From contig OZ059897.1 in assembly GCA_964057225.1 (NCBI GenBank), positions 23,002,001 to 23,066,000 on the forward strand: DNA of 64,000 nt, given 5' to 3'. Source of the DNA: Auanema rhodensis. Its lineage: Eukaryota > Animalia > Nematoda. A model generated the notes under the pieces. That model ran no database searches, was not told the origin of the DNA, and saw only the letters and a list, made by a program, of their open reading frames with translations. The position numbers and the translations under genes are program-made. Shown here piece by piece: positions 12,701 through 28,200 of this stretch. Every line of letters starts with the position of its first letter. Position 1 is the stretch's first letter.

Positions 12701-15700
12701 TTTAATTAGCATAAATTAAAGTTCACGTAAATTTCAAAGTCATGGTTACCATGCACCAATATCAATAAAAATTTGTTTTTAGACTAATATGGACATGGGG
12801 AATCTAATTTTGAAAACCGCATCTCTTTATCTTTCACGTGAAGCGAGTTACATACCAAGTGCACATCACGTGTACATTTAATTAGCATAAATTAAAGTTC
12901 ACGTAAATTTCAAAGTCATGGTTACCATGAACCAATATCAATAAAAATTTGTTTTTAGACTAATATGGACATGGGGAATCTAATTTTGAAAACCGCATTT
13001 CTTTATCTTTCACGTGAAGCGAGTTACATACCAAGTGCACATCACGTGTACATTTAATTAGCATAAATTAAAGTTCACGTAAATTTCAAAGTCATGGTTA
13101 CCATGAAGCAATATCAATAAAAATTTGTTTTTAGACTAATATGGTCATGGGGAATTTAATTTTGAAAACCGCATCTCTTTATCTTTCACGTGAAGCGAGT
13201 TACATACCAAGTGCACATCACGTGTACATTTAATTAGCATAAATTAAAGTTCACGTAAATTTCAAAGTCATGGTTACCATGAACCAATATCAATAAAAAT
13301 TTGTTTTTAGACTAATATGGACATGGGGAATCTAATTTTGAAAACCGCATCTCTTTATCTTTCACGTGAAGCGAGTTACATACCAAGTGCACATCACGTG
13401 TACATTTAATTAGCATAAATTAAAGTTCACGTAAATTTCAAAGTCATGGTTACCATGCACCAATATCAATAACAATTTGTTTTTAGACTAATATGGACAT
13501 GGGGAATCTAATTTTGAAAACCGCATCTCTTTATCTTTCACGTGAAGCGAGTTACATACCAAGTGCACATCACGTGTACATTTAATTAGCATAAATTAAA
13601 GTTCACGTAAATTTCAAAGTCATGGTTACCATGCACCAATATCAATAAAAATTTGTTTTTAGACTAATATGGACATGGGGAATCTAATTTTGAAAACCGC
13701 ATTTCTTTATCTTTCACGTGAAGCGAGTTACATACCAAGTGCACATCACGTGTACATTTAATTAGCATAAATTAAAGTTCACGTAAATTTCAAAGTCATG
13801 GTTACCATGAACCAATATCAATAAAAATTTGTTTTTAGACTAATATGGACATGGGGAATCTAATTTTGAAAACCGCATCTCTTTATCTTTCACGTGAAGC
13901 GAGTTACATACCAAGTGCACAGCACGTGTACATTTAATTAGCATAAATTAAAGTTCACGTAAATTTCAAAGTCATGGTTACCATGAACCAATATCAATAA
14001 AAATTTGTTTTTAGACTAATATGGACATGGGGAATCTAATTTTGAAAACCGCATCTCTTTATCTTTCACGTGAAGCGAGTTACATACCAAGTGCACATCA
14101 CGTGTACATTTAATTAGCATAAATTAAAGTTCACGTAAATTTCAAAGTCATGGTTACCATGCACCAATATCAATAAAAATTTGTTTTTAGACTAATATGG
14201 ACATGGGGAATCTAATTTTGAAAACCGCATTTCTTTATCTTTCACGTGAAGCGAGTTACATACCAAGTGCACATCACGTGTACATTTAATTAGCATAAAT
14301 TAAAGTTCACGTAAATTTCAAAGTCATGGTTACCATGCACCAATATCAATAAAAATTTGTTTTTAGACTAATATGGACATGGGGAATCTAATTTTGAAAA
14401 CCGTATCTCTTTATCTTTCACGTGAAGCGAGTTACATACCAAGTGCACATCACGTGTACATTTAATTAGCATAAATTAAAGTTCACGTAAATTTCAAAGT
14501 CATGGTTACCATGAACCAATATCAATAAAAATTTGTTTTTAGACTAATATGGACATGGGGAATCTAATTTTGAAAACCGCATCTCTTTATCTTTCACGTG
14601 AAGCGAGTTACATACCAAGTGCACATCACGTGTACATTTAATTAGCATAAATTAAAGTTCACGTAAATTTCAAAGTCATGGTTACCATGAACCAATATCA
14701 ATAAAAATTTGTTTTTAGACTAATATGGACATGGGGAATCTAATTTTGAAAACCGCATCTCTTCATCTTTCACGTGAAGCGAGTTACATACCAAGTGCAC
14801 ATCACGTGTACATTTAATTAGCATAAATTAAAGTTCACGTAAACTTCAAAGTCATGGTTACCATGAAGCAATATCAATAAAAATTTGTTTTTAGACTAAT
14901 ATGGACATGGGGAATCTAATTTTGAAAACCGCATCTCTTTATCTTTCACGTGAAGCGAGTTACATACCAAGTGCACATCACGTGTACATTTAATTAGCAT
15001 AAATTAAAGTTCACGTAAATTTCAAAGTCATGGTTACCATGAACCAATATCAATAAAAATTTGTTTTTAGACTAATATGGACATGGGGAATCTAATTTTG
15101 AAAACCGCATCTCTTTATCTTTCACGTGAAGCGAGTTACATACCAAGTGCACATCACGTGTACATTTAATTAGCATAAATTAAAGTTCACGTAAATTTCA
15201 AAGTCATGGTTACCATGAACCAATATCAATAAAAATTTGTTTTTAGACTAATATGGACATGGGGAATCTAATTTTGAAAACCGCATCTCTTTATCTTTCA
15301 CGTGAAGCGAGTTACATACCAAGTGCACATCACGTGTACATTTAATTAGCATAAATTAAAGTTCACGTAAACTTCAAAGTCATGGTTACCATGAAGCAAT
15401 ATCAATAAAAATTTGTTTTTAGACTAATATGGACATGGGGAATCTAATTTTGAAAACCGCATCTCTTTATCTTTCACGTGAAGCGAGTTACATACCAAGT
15501 GCACATCACGTGTACATTTAATTAGCATAAATTAAAGTTCACGTAAATTTCAAAGTCATGGTTACCATGAACCAATATCAATAAAAATTTGTTTTTAGAC
15601 TAATATGGACATGGGGAATCTAATTTTGAAAACCGCATCTCTTTATCTTTCACGTGAAGCGAGTTACATACCAAGTGCACATCACGTGTACATTTAATTA

Positions 15701-18700
15701 GCATAAATTAAAGTTCACGTAAATTTCAAAGTCATGGTTACCATGAACCAATATCAATAAAAATTTGTTTTTAGACTAATATGGACATGGGGAATCTAAT
15801 TTTGAAAACCGCATCTCTTCATCTTTCACGTGAAGCGAGTTACATACCAAGTGCACATCACGTGTACATTTAATTAGCATAAATTAAAGTTCACGTAAAC
15901 TTCAAAGTCATGGTTACCATGAAGCAATATCAATAAAAATTTGTTTTTAGACTAATATGGACATGGGGAATCTAATTTTGAAAACCGCATCTCTTTATCT
16001 TTCACGTGAAGCGAGTTACATACCAAGTGCACATCACGTGTACATTTAATTAGCATAAATTAAAGTTCACGTAAATTTCAAAGTCATGGTTACCATGAAC
16101 CAATATCAATAAAAATTTGTTTTTAGACTAATATGGACATGGGGAATCTAATTTTGAAAACCGCATCTCTTTATCTTTCACGTGAAGCGAGTTACATACC
16201 AAGTGCACATCACGTGTACATTTAATTAGCATAAATTAAAGTTCACGTAAATTTCAAAGTCATGGTTACCATGAACCAATATCAATAAAAATTTGTTTTT
16301 AGACTAATATGGACATGGGGAATCTAATTTTGAAAACCGCATCTCTTTATCTTTCACGTGAAGCGAGTTACATACCAAGTGCACATCACGTGTACATTTA
16401 ATTAGCATAAATTAAAGTTCACGTAAACTTCAAAGTCATGGTTACCATGAAGCAATATCAATAAAAATTTGTTTTTAGACTAATATGGACATGGGGAATC
16501 TAATTTTGAAAACCGCATCTCTTTATCTTTCACGTGAAGCGAGTTACATACCAAGTGCACATCACGTGTACATTTAATTAGCATAAATTAAAGTTCACGT
16601 AAATTTCAAAGTCATGGTTACCATGAACCAATATCAATAAAAATTTGTTTTTAGACTAATATGGACATGGGGAATCTAATTTTGAAAACCGCATCTCTTT
16701 ATCTTTCACGTGAAGCGAGTTACATACCAAGTGCACATCACGTGTACATTTAATTAGCATAAATTAAAGTTCACGTAAATTTCAAAGTCATGGTTACCAT
16801 GAAGCAATATCAATAAAAATTTGTTTTTAGACTAATATGGACATGGGGAATCTAATTTTGAAAACCGCATCTCTTTATCTTTCACGTGAAGCGAGTTACA
16901 TACCAAGTGCACATCACGTGTACATTTAATTAGCATGAATTAAAGTTCACGTAAATTTCAAAGTCATGGTTACCATGCTCCAATATCAATAAAAATTTGT
17001 TTTTAGACTAATATGGACATGGGGAATCTAATTTTGAAAACCGCATCTCTTTATCTTTCACGTGAAGCGAGTTACATACCAAGTGCACATCACGTGTACA
17101 TTTAATTAGCATAAATTAAAGTTCACGTAAATTTCAAAGTCATGGTTACCATGCACCAATATCAATAAAAATTTGTTTTTAGACTAATATGGACATGGGG
17201 AATCTAATTTTGAAAACCGCATCTCTTTATCTTTCACGTGAAGCGAGTTACATACCAAGTGCACATCACGTGTACATTTAATTAGCATAAATTAAAGTTC
17301 ACGTAAATTTCAAAGTCATGGTTACCATGCACCAATATCAATAAAAATTTGTTTTTAGACTAATATGGACATGGGGAATCTAATTTTGAAAACCGCATCT
17401 CTTTATCTTTCACGTGAAGCGAGTTACATACCAAGTGCACATCACGTGTACATTTAATTAGCATAAATTAAAGTTCACGTAAATTTCAAAGTCATGGTTA
17501 CCATGAACCAATATCAATAAAAATTTGTTTTTAGACTAATATGGACATGGGGAATCTAATTTTGAAAACCGCATCTCTTTATCTTTCACGTGAAGCGAGT
17601 TACATACCAAGTGCACATCACGTGTACATTTAATTAGCATAAATTAAAGTTCACGTAAATTTCAAAGTCATGGTTACCATGAAGCAATATCAATAAAAAT
17701 TTGTTTTTAGACTAATATGGTCATGGGGAATTTAATTTTGAAAACCGCATCTCTTTATCTTTCACGTGAAGCGAGTTACATACCAAGTGCACATCACGTG
17801 TACATTTAATTAGCATAAATTAAAGTTCACGTAAATTTCAAAGTCATGGTTACCATGAACCAATATCAATAAAAATTTGTTTTTAGACTAATATGGACAT
17901 GGGGAATCTAATTTTGAAAACCGCATCTCTTTATCTTTCACGTGAAGCGAGTTACATACCAAGTGCACATCACGTGTACATTTAATTAGCATAAATTAAA
18001 GTTCACGTAAATTTCAAAGTCATGGTTACCATGCACCAATATCAATAACAATTTGTTTTTAGACTAATATGGACATGGGGAATCTAATTTTGAAAACCGC
18101 ATCTCTTTATCTTTCACGTGAAGCGAGTTACATACCAAGTGCACATCACGTGTACATTTAATTAGCATAAATTAAAGTTCACGTAAATTTCAAAGTCATG
18201 GTTACCATGCACCAATATCAATAAAAATTTGTTTTTAGACTAATATGGACATGGGGAATCTAATTTTGAAAACCGCATTTCTTTATCTTTCACGTGAAGC
18301 GAGTTACATACCAAGTGCACATCACGTGTACATTTAATTAGCATAAATTAAAGTTCACGTAAATTTCAAAGTCATGGTTACCATGAACCAATATCAATAA
18401 AAATTTGTTTTTAGACTAATATGGACATGGGGAATCTAATTTTGAAAACCGCATCTCTTTATCTTTCACGTGAAGCGAGTTACATACCAAGTGCACAGCA
18501 CGTGTACATTTAATTAGCATAAATTAAAGTTCACGTAAATTTCAAAGTCATGGTTACCATGAACCAATATCAATAAAAATTTGTTTTTAGACTAATATGG
18601 ACATGGGGAATCTAATTTTGAAAACCGCATCTCTTTATCTTTCACGTGAAGCGAGTTACATACCAAGTGCACATCACGTGTACATTTAATTAGCATAAAT

Positions 18701-20340
18701 TAAAGTTCACGTAAATTTCAAAGTCATGGTTACCATGCACCAATATCAATAAAAATTTGTTTTTAGACTAATATGGACATGGGGAATCTAATTTTGAAAA
18801 CCGCATTTCTTTATCTTTCACGTGAAGCGAGTTACATACCAAGTGCACATCACGTGTACATTTAATTAGCATAAATTAAAGTTCACGTAAATTTCAAAGT
18901 CATGGTTACCATGCACCAATATCAATAAAAATTTGTTTTTAGACTAATATGGACATGGGGAATCTAATTTTGAAAACCGCATCTCTTTATCTTTCACGTG
19001 AAGCGAGTTACATACCAAGTGCACATCACGTGTACATTTAATTAGCATAAATTAAAGTTCACGTAAATTTCAAAGTCATGGTTACCATGAACCAATATCA
19101 ATAAAAATTTGTTTTTAGACTAATATGGACATGGGGAATCTAATTTTGAAAACCGCATCTCTTTATCTTTCACGTGAAGCGAGTTACATACCAAGTGCAC
19201 ATCACGTGTACATTTAATTAGCATAAATTAAAGTTCACGTAAATTTCAAAGTCATGGTTACCATGAACCAATATCAATAAAAATTTGTTTTTAGACTAAT
19301 ATGGACATGGGGAATCTAATTTTGAAAACCGCATCTCTTCATCTTTCACGTGAAGCGAGTTACATACCAAGTGCACATCACGTGTACATTTAATTAGCAT
19401 AAATTAAAGTTCACGTAAACTTCAAAGTCATGGTTACCATGAAGCAATATCAATAAAAATTTGTTTTTAGACTAATATGGACATGGGGAATCTAATTTTG
19501 AAAACCGCATCTCTTTATCTTTCACGTGAAGCGAGTTACATACCAAGTGCACATCACGTGTACATTTAATTAGCATAAATTAAAGTTCACGTAAATTTCA
19601 AAGTCATGGTTACCATGAACCAATATCAATAAAAATTTGTTTTTAGACTAATATGGACATGGGGAATCTAATTTTGAAAACCGCATCTCTTTATCTTTCA
19701 CGTGAAGCGAGTTACATACCAAGTGCACATCACGTGTACATTTAATTAGCATAAATTAAAGTTCACGTAAATTTCAAAGTCATGGTTACCATGAACCAAT
19801 ATCAATAAAAATTTGTTTTTAGACTAATATGGACATGGGGAATCTAATTTTGAAAACCGCATCTCTTTATCTTTCACGTGAAGCGAGTTACATACCAAGT
19901 GCACATCACGTGTACATTTAATTAGCATAAATTAAAGTTCACGTAAACTTCAAAGTCATGGTTACCATGAAGCAATATCAATAAAAATTTGTTTTTAGAC
20001 TAATATGGACATGGGGAATCTAATTTTGAAAACCGCATCTCTTTATCTTTCACGTGAAGCGAGTTACATACCAAGTGCACATCACGTGTACATTTAATTA
20101 GCATAAATTAAAGTTCACGTAAATTTCAAAGTCATGGTTACCATGAACCAATATCAATAAAAATTTGTTTTTAGACTAATATGGACATGGGGAATCTAAT
20201 TTTGAAAACCGCATCTCTTTATCTTTCACGTGAAGCGAGTTACATACCAAGTGCACATCACGTGTACATTTAATTAGCATAAATTAAAGTTCACGTAAAT
20301 TTCAAAGTCATGGTTACCATGAACCAATATCAATAAAAAT
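12190..20340 (+). repeat. Local block duplication, 26-monomer offset (4576 bp); boundaries approximate
   Basis: Paired variants at 12403/16979, 13145/17721, 13473/18049, 13922/18498, 14764/19340, 14844/19420 and 15372/19948. Confidence 0.88.
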
Positions 20341-23300
20341 TTGTTTTTAGAATAATATGGACATGGGGAATCTAATTTTGAAAACCGCATCTCTTTATCT
20401 TTCACGTGAAGCGAGTTACATACCAAGTGCACATCACGTGTACATTTAATTAGCATAAATTAAAGTTCACGTAAATTTCAAAGTCATGGTTACCATGAAC
20501 CAATATCAATAAAAATTTGTTTTTAGACTAATATGGACATGGGGAATCTAATTTTGAAAACCGCATCTCTTTATCTTTCACGTGAAGCGAGTTACATACC
20601 AAGTGCACATCACGTGTACATTTAATTAGCATAAATTAAAGTTCACGTAAATTTCAAAGTCATGGTTACCATGCACCAATATCAATAAAAATTTGTTTTT
20701 AGACTAATATGGACATGGGGAATCTAATTTTGAAAACCGCATCTCTTTATCTTTCACGTGAAGCGAGTTACATACCAAGTGCACATCACGTGTACATTTA
20801 ATTAGCATAAATTAAAGTTCACGTAAATTTCAAAGTCATGGTTACCATGAACCAATATCAATAAAAATTTGTTTTTAGACTAATATGGACATGGGGAATC
20901 TAATTTTGAAAACCGCATCTCTTTATCTTTCACGTGAAGCGAGTTACATACCAAGTGCACATCACGTGTACATTTAATTAGCATAAATTAAAGTTCACGT
21001 AAATTTCAAAGTCATGGTTACCATGAACCAATATCAATAAAAATTTGTTTTTAGACTAATATGGACATGGGGAATCTAATTTTGAAAACCGCATCTCTTT
21101 ATCTTTCACGTGAAGCGAGTTACATACCAAGTGCACATCACGTGTACATTTAATTAGCATAAATTAAAGTTCACGTAAATTTCAAAGTCATGGTTACCAT
21201 GCACCAATATCAATAAAAATTTGTTTTTAGACTAATATGGACATGGGGAATCTAATTTTGAAAACCGCATCTCTTTATCTTTCACGTGAAGCGAGTTACA
21301 TACCAAGTGCACATCACGTGTACATTTAATTAGCATAAATTAAAGTTCACGTAAATTTCAAAGTCATGGTTACCATGAACCAATATCAATAAAAATTTGT
21401 TTTTAGACTAATATGGACATGGGGAATCTAATTTTGAAAACCGCATCTCTTTATCTTTCACGTGAAGCGAGTTACATACCAAGTGCACATCACGTGTACA
21501 TTTAATTAGCATAAATTAAAGTTCACGTAAATTTCAAAGTCATGGTTACCATGAACCAATATCAATAAAAATTTGTTTTTAGACTAATATGGACATGGGG
21601 AATCTAATTTTGAAAACCGCATCTCTTTATCTTTCACGTGAAGCGAGTTACATACCAAGTGCACATCACGTGTACATTTAATTAGCATAAATTAAAGTTC
21701 ACGTAAATTTCAAAGTCATGGTTACCATGAACCAATATCAATAAAAATTTGTTTTTAGACTAATATGGACATGGGGAATCTAATTTTGAAAACCGCATCT
21801 CTTTATCTTTCACGTGAAGCGAGTTACATACCAAGTGCACATCACGTGTACATTTAATTAGCATGAATTAAAGTTCACGTAAATTTCAAAGTCATGGTTA
21901 CCATGCACCAATATCAATAAAAATTTGTTTTTAGACTAATATGGACATGGGGAATCTAATTTTGAAAACCGCATCTCTTTATCTTTCACGTGAAGCGAGT
22001 TACATACCAAGTGCACATCACGTGTACATTTAATTAGCATAAATTAAAGTTCACGTAAATTTCAAAGTCATGGTTACCATGAACCAATATCAATAAAAAT
22101 TTGTTTTTAGACTAATATGGACATGGGGAATCTAATTTTGAAAACCGCATCTCTTTATCTTTCACGTGAAGCGAGTTACATACCAAGTGCACATCACGTG
22201 TACATTTAATTAGCATAAATTAAAGTTCACGTAAATTTCAAAGTCATGGTTACCATGAAGCAATATCAATAAAAATTTGTTTTTAGACTAATATGGACAT
22301 GGGGAATCTAATTTTGAGAACCGCATCTCTTTATCTTTCACGTGAAGCGAGTTACATACCAAGTGCACATCACGTGTACATTTAATTAGCATAAATTAAA
22401 GTTCACGTAAATTTCAAAGTCATGGTTACCATGAAGCAATATCAATAAAAATTTGTTTTTAGACTAATATGGACATGGGGAATCTAATTTTGAAAACCGC
22501 ATTTCTTTATCTTTCACGTGAAGCGAGTTACATACCAAGTGCACATCACGTGTACATTTAATTAGCATAAATTAAAGTTCACGTAAATTTCAAAGTCATG
22601 GTTACCATGCACCAATATCAATAAAAATTTGTTTTTAGACTAATATGGACATGGGGAATCTAATTTTAAAAACCGCATCTCTTTATCTTTCACGTGAAGC
22701 GAGTTACATACCAAGTGCACATCACGTGTACATTTAATTAGCATAAATTAAAGTTCACGTAAATTTCAAAGTCATGGTTACCATGAACCAATATCAATAA
22801 AAATTTGTTTTTAGACTAATATGGACATGGGGAATCTAATTTTGAAAACCGCATCTCTTTATCTTTCACGTGAAGCGAGTTACATACCAAGTGCACATCA
22901 CGTGTACATTTAATTAGCATAAATTAAAGTTCACGTAAATTTCAAAGTCATGGTTACCATGAACCAATATCAATAAAAATTTGTTTTTAGACTAATATGG
23001 ACATGGGGAATCTAATTTTGAAAACCGCATCTCTTCATCTTTCACGTGAAGCGAGTTACATACCAAGTGCACATCACGTGTACATTTAATTAGCATAAAT
23101 TAAAGTTCACGTAAATTTCAAAGTCATGGTTACCATGAACCAATATCAATAAAAATTTGTTTTTAGACTAATATGGACATGGGGAATCTAATTTTGAAAA
23201 CCGCATCTCTTTATCTTTCACGTGAAGCGAGTTACATACCAAGTGCACATCACGTGTACATTTAATTAGCATAAATTAAAGTTCACGTAAATTTCAAAGT

Positions 23301-25349
23301 CATGGTTACCATGAACCAATATCAATAAAAATTTGTTTTTAGACTAATATGGACATGGGGAATCTAATTTTGAAAACCGCATCTCTTTATCTTTCACGTG
23401 AAGCGAGTTACATACCAAGTGCACATCACGTGTACATTTAATTAGCATAAATTAAAGTTCACGTAAATTTCAAAGTCATGGTTACCATGAACCAATATCA
23501 ATAAAAATTTGTTTTTAGACTAATATGGACATGGGGAATCTAATTTTGAAAACCGCATCTTTTTATCTTTCACGTGAAGCGAGTTACATACCAAGTGCAC
23601 ATCACGTGTACATTTAATTAGCATAAATTAAAGTTCACGTAAATTTCAAAGTCATGGTTACCATGCACCAATATCAATAAAAATTTGTTTTTAGACTAAT
23701 ATGGACATGGGGAATCTAATTTTGAAAACCGCATCTCTTTATCTTTCACGTGAAGCGAGTTACATACCAAGTGCACATCACGTGTACATTTAATTAGCAT
23801 AAATTAAAGTTCACGTAAATTTCAAAGTCATGGTTACCATGAACCAATATCAATAAAAATTTGTTTTTAGACTAATATGGACATGGGGAATCTAATTTTG
23901 AAAACCGCATCTCTTTATCTTTCACGTGAAGCGAGTTACATACCAAGTGCACATCACGTGTACATTTAATTAGCATAAATTAAAGTTCACGTAAATTTCA
24001 AAGTCATGGTTACCATGAACCAATATCAATAAAAATTTGTTTTTAGACTAATATGGACATGGGGAATCTAATTTTGAAAACCGCATCTCTTTATCTTTCA
24101 CGTGAAGCGAGTTACATACCAAGTGCACATCACGTGTACATTTAATTAGCATAAATTAAAGTTCACGTAAATTTCAAAGTCATGGTTACCATGAAGCAAT
24201 ATCAATAAAAATTTGTTTTTAGACTAATATGGACATGGGGAATCTAATTTTGAAAACCGCATCTCTTTATCTTTCACGTGAAGCGAGTTACATACCAAGT
24301 GCACATCACGTGTACATTTAATTAGCATAAATTAAAGTTCACGTAAATTTCAAAGTCATGGTTACCATGAACCAATATCAATAAAAATTTGTTTTTAGAC
24401 TAATATGGACATGGGGAATCTAATTTTGAAAACCGCATCTCTTTATCTTTCACGTGAAGCGAGTTACATACCAAGTGCACATCACGTGTACATTTAATTA
24501 GCATAAATTAAAGTTCACGTAAATTTCAAAGTCATGGTTACCATGAACCAATATCAATAAAAATTTGTTTTTAGACTAATATGGACATGGGGAATCTAAT
24601 TTTGAAAACCGCATCTCTTTATCTTTCACGTGAAGCGAGTTACATACCAAGTGCACATCACGTGTACATTTAATTAGCATAAATTAAAGTTCACGTAAAT
24701 TTCAAAGTCATGGTTACCATGAAGCAATATCAATAAAAATTTGTTTTTAGACTAATATGGACATGGGGAATCTAATTTTGAAAACCGCATCTCTTTATCT
24801 TTCACGTGAAGCGAGTTACATACCAAGTGCACATCACGTGTACATTTAATTAGCATAAATTAAAGTTCACGTAAATTTCAAAGTCATGGTTACCATGAAC
24901 CAATATCAATAAAAATTTGTTTTTAGACTAATATGGACATGGGGAATCTAATTTTGAAAACCGCATCTCTTTATCTTTCACGTGAAGCGAGTTACATACC
25001 AAGTGCACATCACGTGTACATTTAATTAGCATAAATTAAAGTTCACGTAAATTTCAAAGTCATGGTTACCATGAACCAATATCAATAAAAATTTGTTTTT
25101 AGACTAATATGGACATGGGGAATCTAATTTTGAAAACCGCATCTCTTTATCTTTCACGTGAAGCGAGTTACATACCAAGTGCACATCACGTGTACATTTA
25201 ATTAGCATAAATTAAAGTTCACGTAAATTTCAAAGTCATGGTTACCATGCACCAATATCAATAAAAATTTGTTTTTAGACTAATATGGACATGGGGAATC
25301 TAATTTTGAAAACCGCATCTCTTTATCTTTCACGTGAAGCGAGTTACAT

Positions 25350-28200
25350 ACCAAGTGCACATCACGTGTACATTTAATTAGCATAAATTAAAGTTCACGT
25401 AAATTTCAAAGTCATGGTTACCATGAACCAATATCAATAAAAATTTGTTTTTAGACTAATATGGACATGGGGAATCTAATTTTGAAAACCGCATCTCTTT
25501 ATCTTTCACGTGAAGCGAGTTACATACCAAGTGCACATCACGTGTACATTTAATTAGCATAAATTAAAGTTCACGTAAATTTCAAAGTCATGGTTACCAT
25601 GAACCAATATCAATAAAAATTTGTTTTTAGACTAATATGGACATGGGGAATCTAATTTTGAAAACCGCATCTCTTTATCTTTCACGTGAAGCGAGTTACA
25701 TACCAAGTGCACATCACGTGTACATTTAATTAGCATAAATTAAAGTTCACGTAAATTTCAAAGTCATGGTTACCATGAAGCAATATCAATAAAAATTTGT
25801 TTTTAGACTAATATGGACATGGGGAATCTAATTTTGAAAACCGCATCTCTTTATCTTTCACGTGAAGCGAGTTACATACCAAGTGCACATCACGTGTACA
25901 TTTAATTAGCATAAATTAAAGTTCAAGTAAATTTCAAAGTCATGGTTACCATGAACCAATATCAATAAAAATTTGTTTTTAGACTAATATGGACATAGGG
26001 AATCTAATTTTGAAAACCGCATCTCTTCATCTTTCACGTGAAGCGAGTTACATACCAAGTGCACATCACGTGTACATTTAATTAGCATAAATTAAAGTTC
26101 ACGTAAACTTCAAAGTCATGGTTACCATGAAGCAATATCAATAAAAATTTGTTTTTAGACTAATATGGACATGGGGAATCTAATTTTGAAAACCGCATCT
26201 CTTTATCTTTCACGTGAAGCGAGTTACATACCAAGTGCACATCACGTGTACATTTAATTAGCATAAATTAAAGTTCACGTAAATTTCAAAGTCATGGTTA
26301 CCATGAACCAATATCAATAAAAATTTGTTTTTAGACTAATATGGACATGGGGAATCTAATTTTGAAAACCGCATCTCTTCATCTTTCACGTGAAGCGAGT
26401 TACATACCAAGTGCACATCACGTGTACATTTAATTAGCATAAATTAAAGTTCACGTAAACTTCAAAGTCATGGTTACCATGAAGCAATATCAATAAAAAT
26501 TTGTTTTTAGACTAATATGGACATGGGGAATCTAATTTTGAAAACCGCATCTCTTTATCTTTCACGTGAAGCGAGTTACATACCAAGTGCACATCACGTG
26601 TACATTTAATTAGCATAAATTAAAGTTCACGTAAATTTCAAAGTCATGGTTACCATGAACCAATATCAATAAAAATTTGTTTTTAGACTAATATGGACAT
26701 GGGGAATCTAATTTTGAAAACCGCATCTCTTTATCTTTCACGTGAAGCGAGTTACATACCAAGTGCACATCACGTGTACATTTAATTAGCATAAATTAAA
26801 GTTCACGTAAATTTCAAAGTCATGGTTACCATGAACCAATATCAATAAAAATTTGTTTTTAGACTAATATGGACATGGGGAATCTAATTTTGAAAACCGC
26901 ATCTCTTTATCTTTCACGTGAAGCGAGTTACATACCAAGTGCACATCACGTGTACATTTAATTAGCATAAATTAAAGTTCACGTAAATTTCAAAGTCATG
27001 GTTACCATGAAGCAATATCAATAAAAATTTGTTTTTAGACTAATATGGACATGGGGAATCTAATTTTGAAAACCGCATCTCTTTATCTTTCACGTGAAGC
27101 GAGTTACATACCAAGTGCACATCACGTGTACATTTAATTAGCATAAATTAAAGTTCAAGTAAATTTCAAAGTCATGGTTACCATGAACCAATATCAATAA
27201 AAATTTGTTTTTAGACTAATATGGACATAGGGAATCTAATTTTGAAAACCGCATCTCTTCATCTTTCACGTGAAGCGAGTTACATACCAAGTGCACATCA
27301 CGTGTACATTTAATTAGCATAAATTAAAGTTCACGTAAACTTCAAAGTCATGGTTACCATGAAGCAATATCAATAAAAATTTGTTTTTAGACTAATATGG
27401 ACATGGGGAATCTAATTTTGAAAACCGCATCTCTTTATCTTTCACGTGAAGCGAGTTACATACCAAGTGCACATCACGTGTACATTTAATTAGCATAAAT
27501 TAAAGTTCACGTAAATTTCAAAGTCATGGTTACCATGAACCAATATCAATAAAAATTTGTTTTTAGACTAATATGGACATGGGGAATCTAATTTTGAAAA
27601 CCGCATCTCTTCATCTTTCACGTGAAGCGAGTTACATACCAAGTGCACATCACGTGTACATTTAATTAGCATAAATTAAAGTTCACGTAAACTTCAAAGT
27701 CATGGTTACCATGAAGCAATATCAATAAAAATTTGTTTTTAGACTAATATGGACATGGGGAATCTAATTTTGAAAACCGCATCTCTTTATCTTTCACGTG
27801 AAGCGAGTTACATACCAAGTGCACATCACGTGTACATTTAATTAGCATAAATTAAAGTTCACGTAAATTTCAAAGTCATGGTTACCATGAACCAATATCA
27901 ATAAAAATTTGTTTTTAGACTAATATGGACATGGGGAATCTAATTTTGAAAACCGCATCTCTTTATCTTTCACGTGAAGCGAGTTACATACCAAGTGCAC
28001 ATCACGTGTACATTTAATTAGCATAAATTAAAGTTCACGTAAATTTCAAAGTCATGGTTACCATGAACCAATATCAATAAAAATTTGTTTTTAGACTAAT
28101 ATGGACATGGGGAATCTAATTTTGAAAACCGCATCTCTTTATCTTTCACGTGAAGCGAGTTACATACCAAGTGCACATCACGTGTACATTTAATTAGCAT
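25350..28200 (+). repeat. Local duplication, 7-monomer offset (1232 bp); boundaries approximate
   Basis: Paired variants TTCAAGTAA at 25926/27158 and CATAGGG at 25997/27229. Confidence 0.85.
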
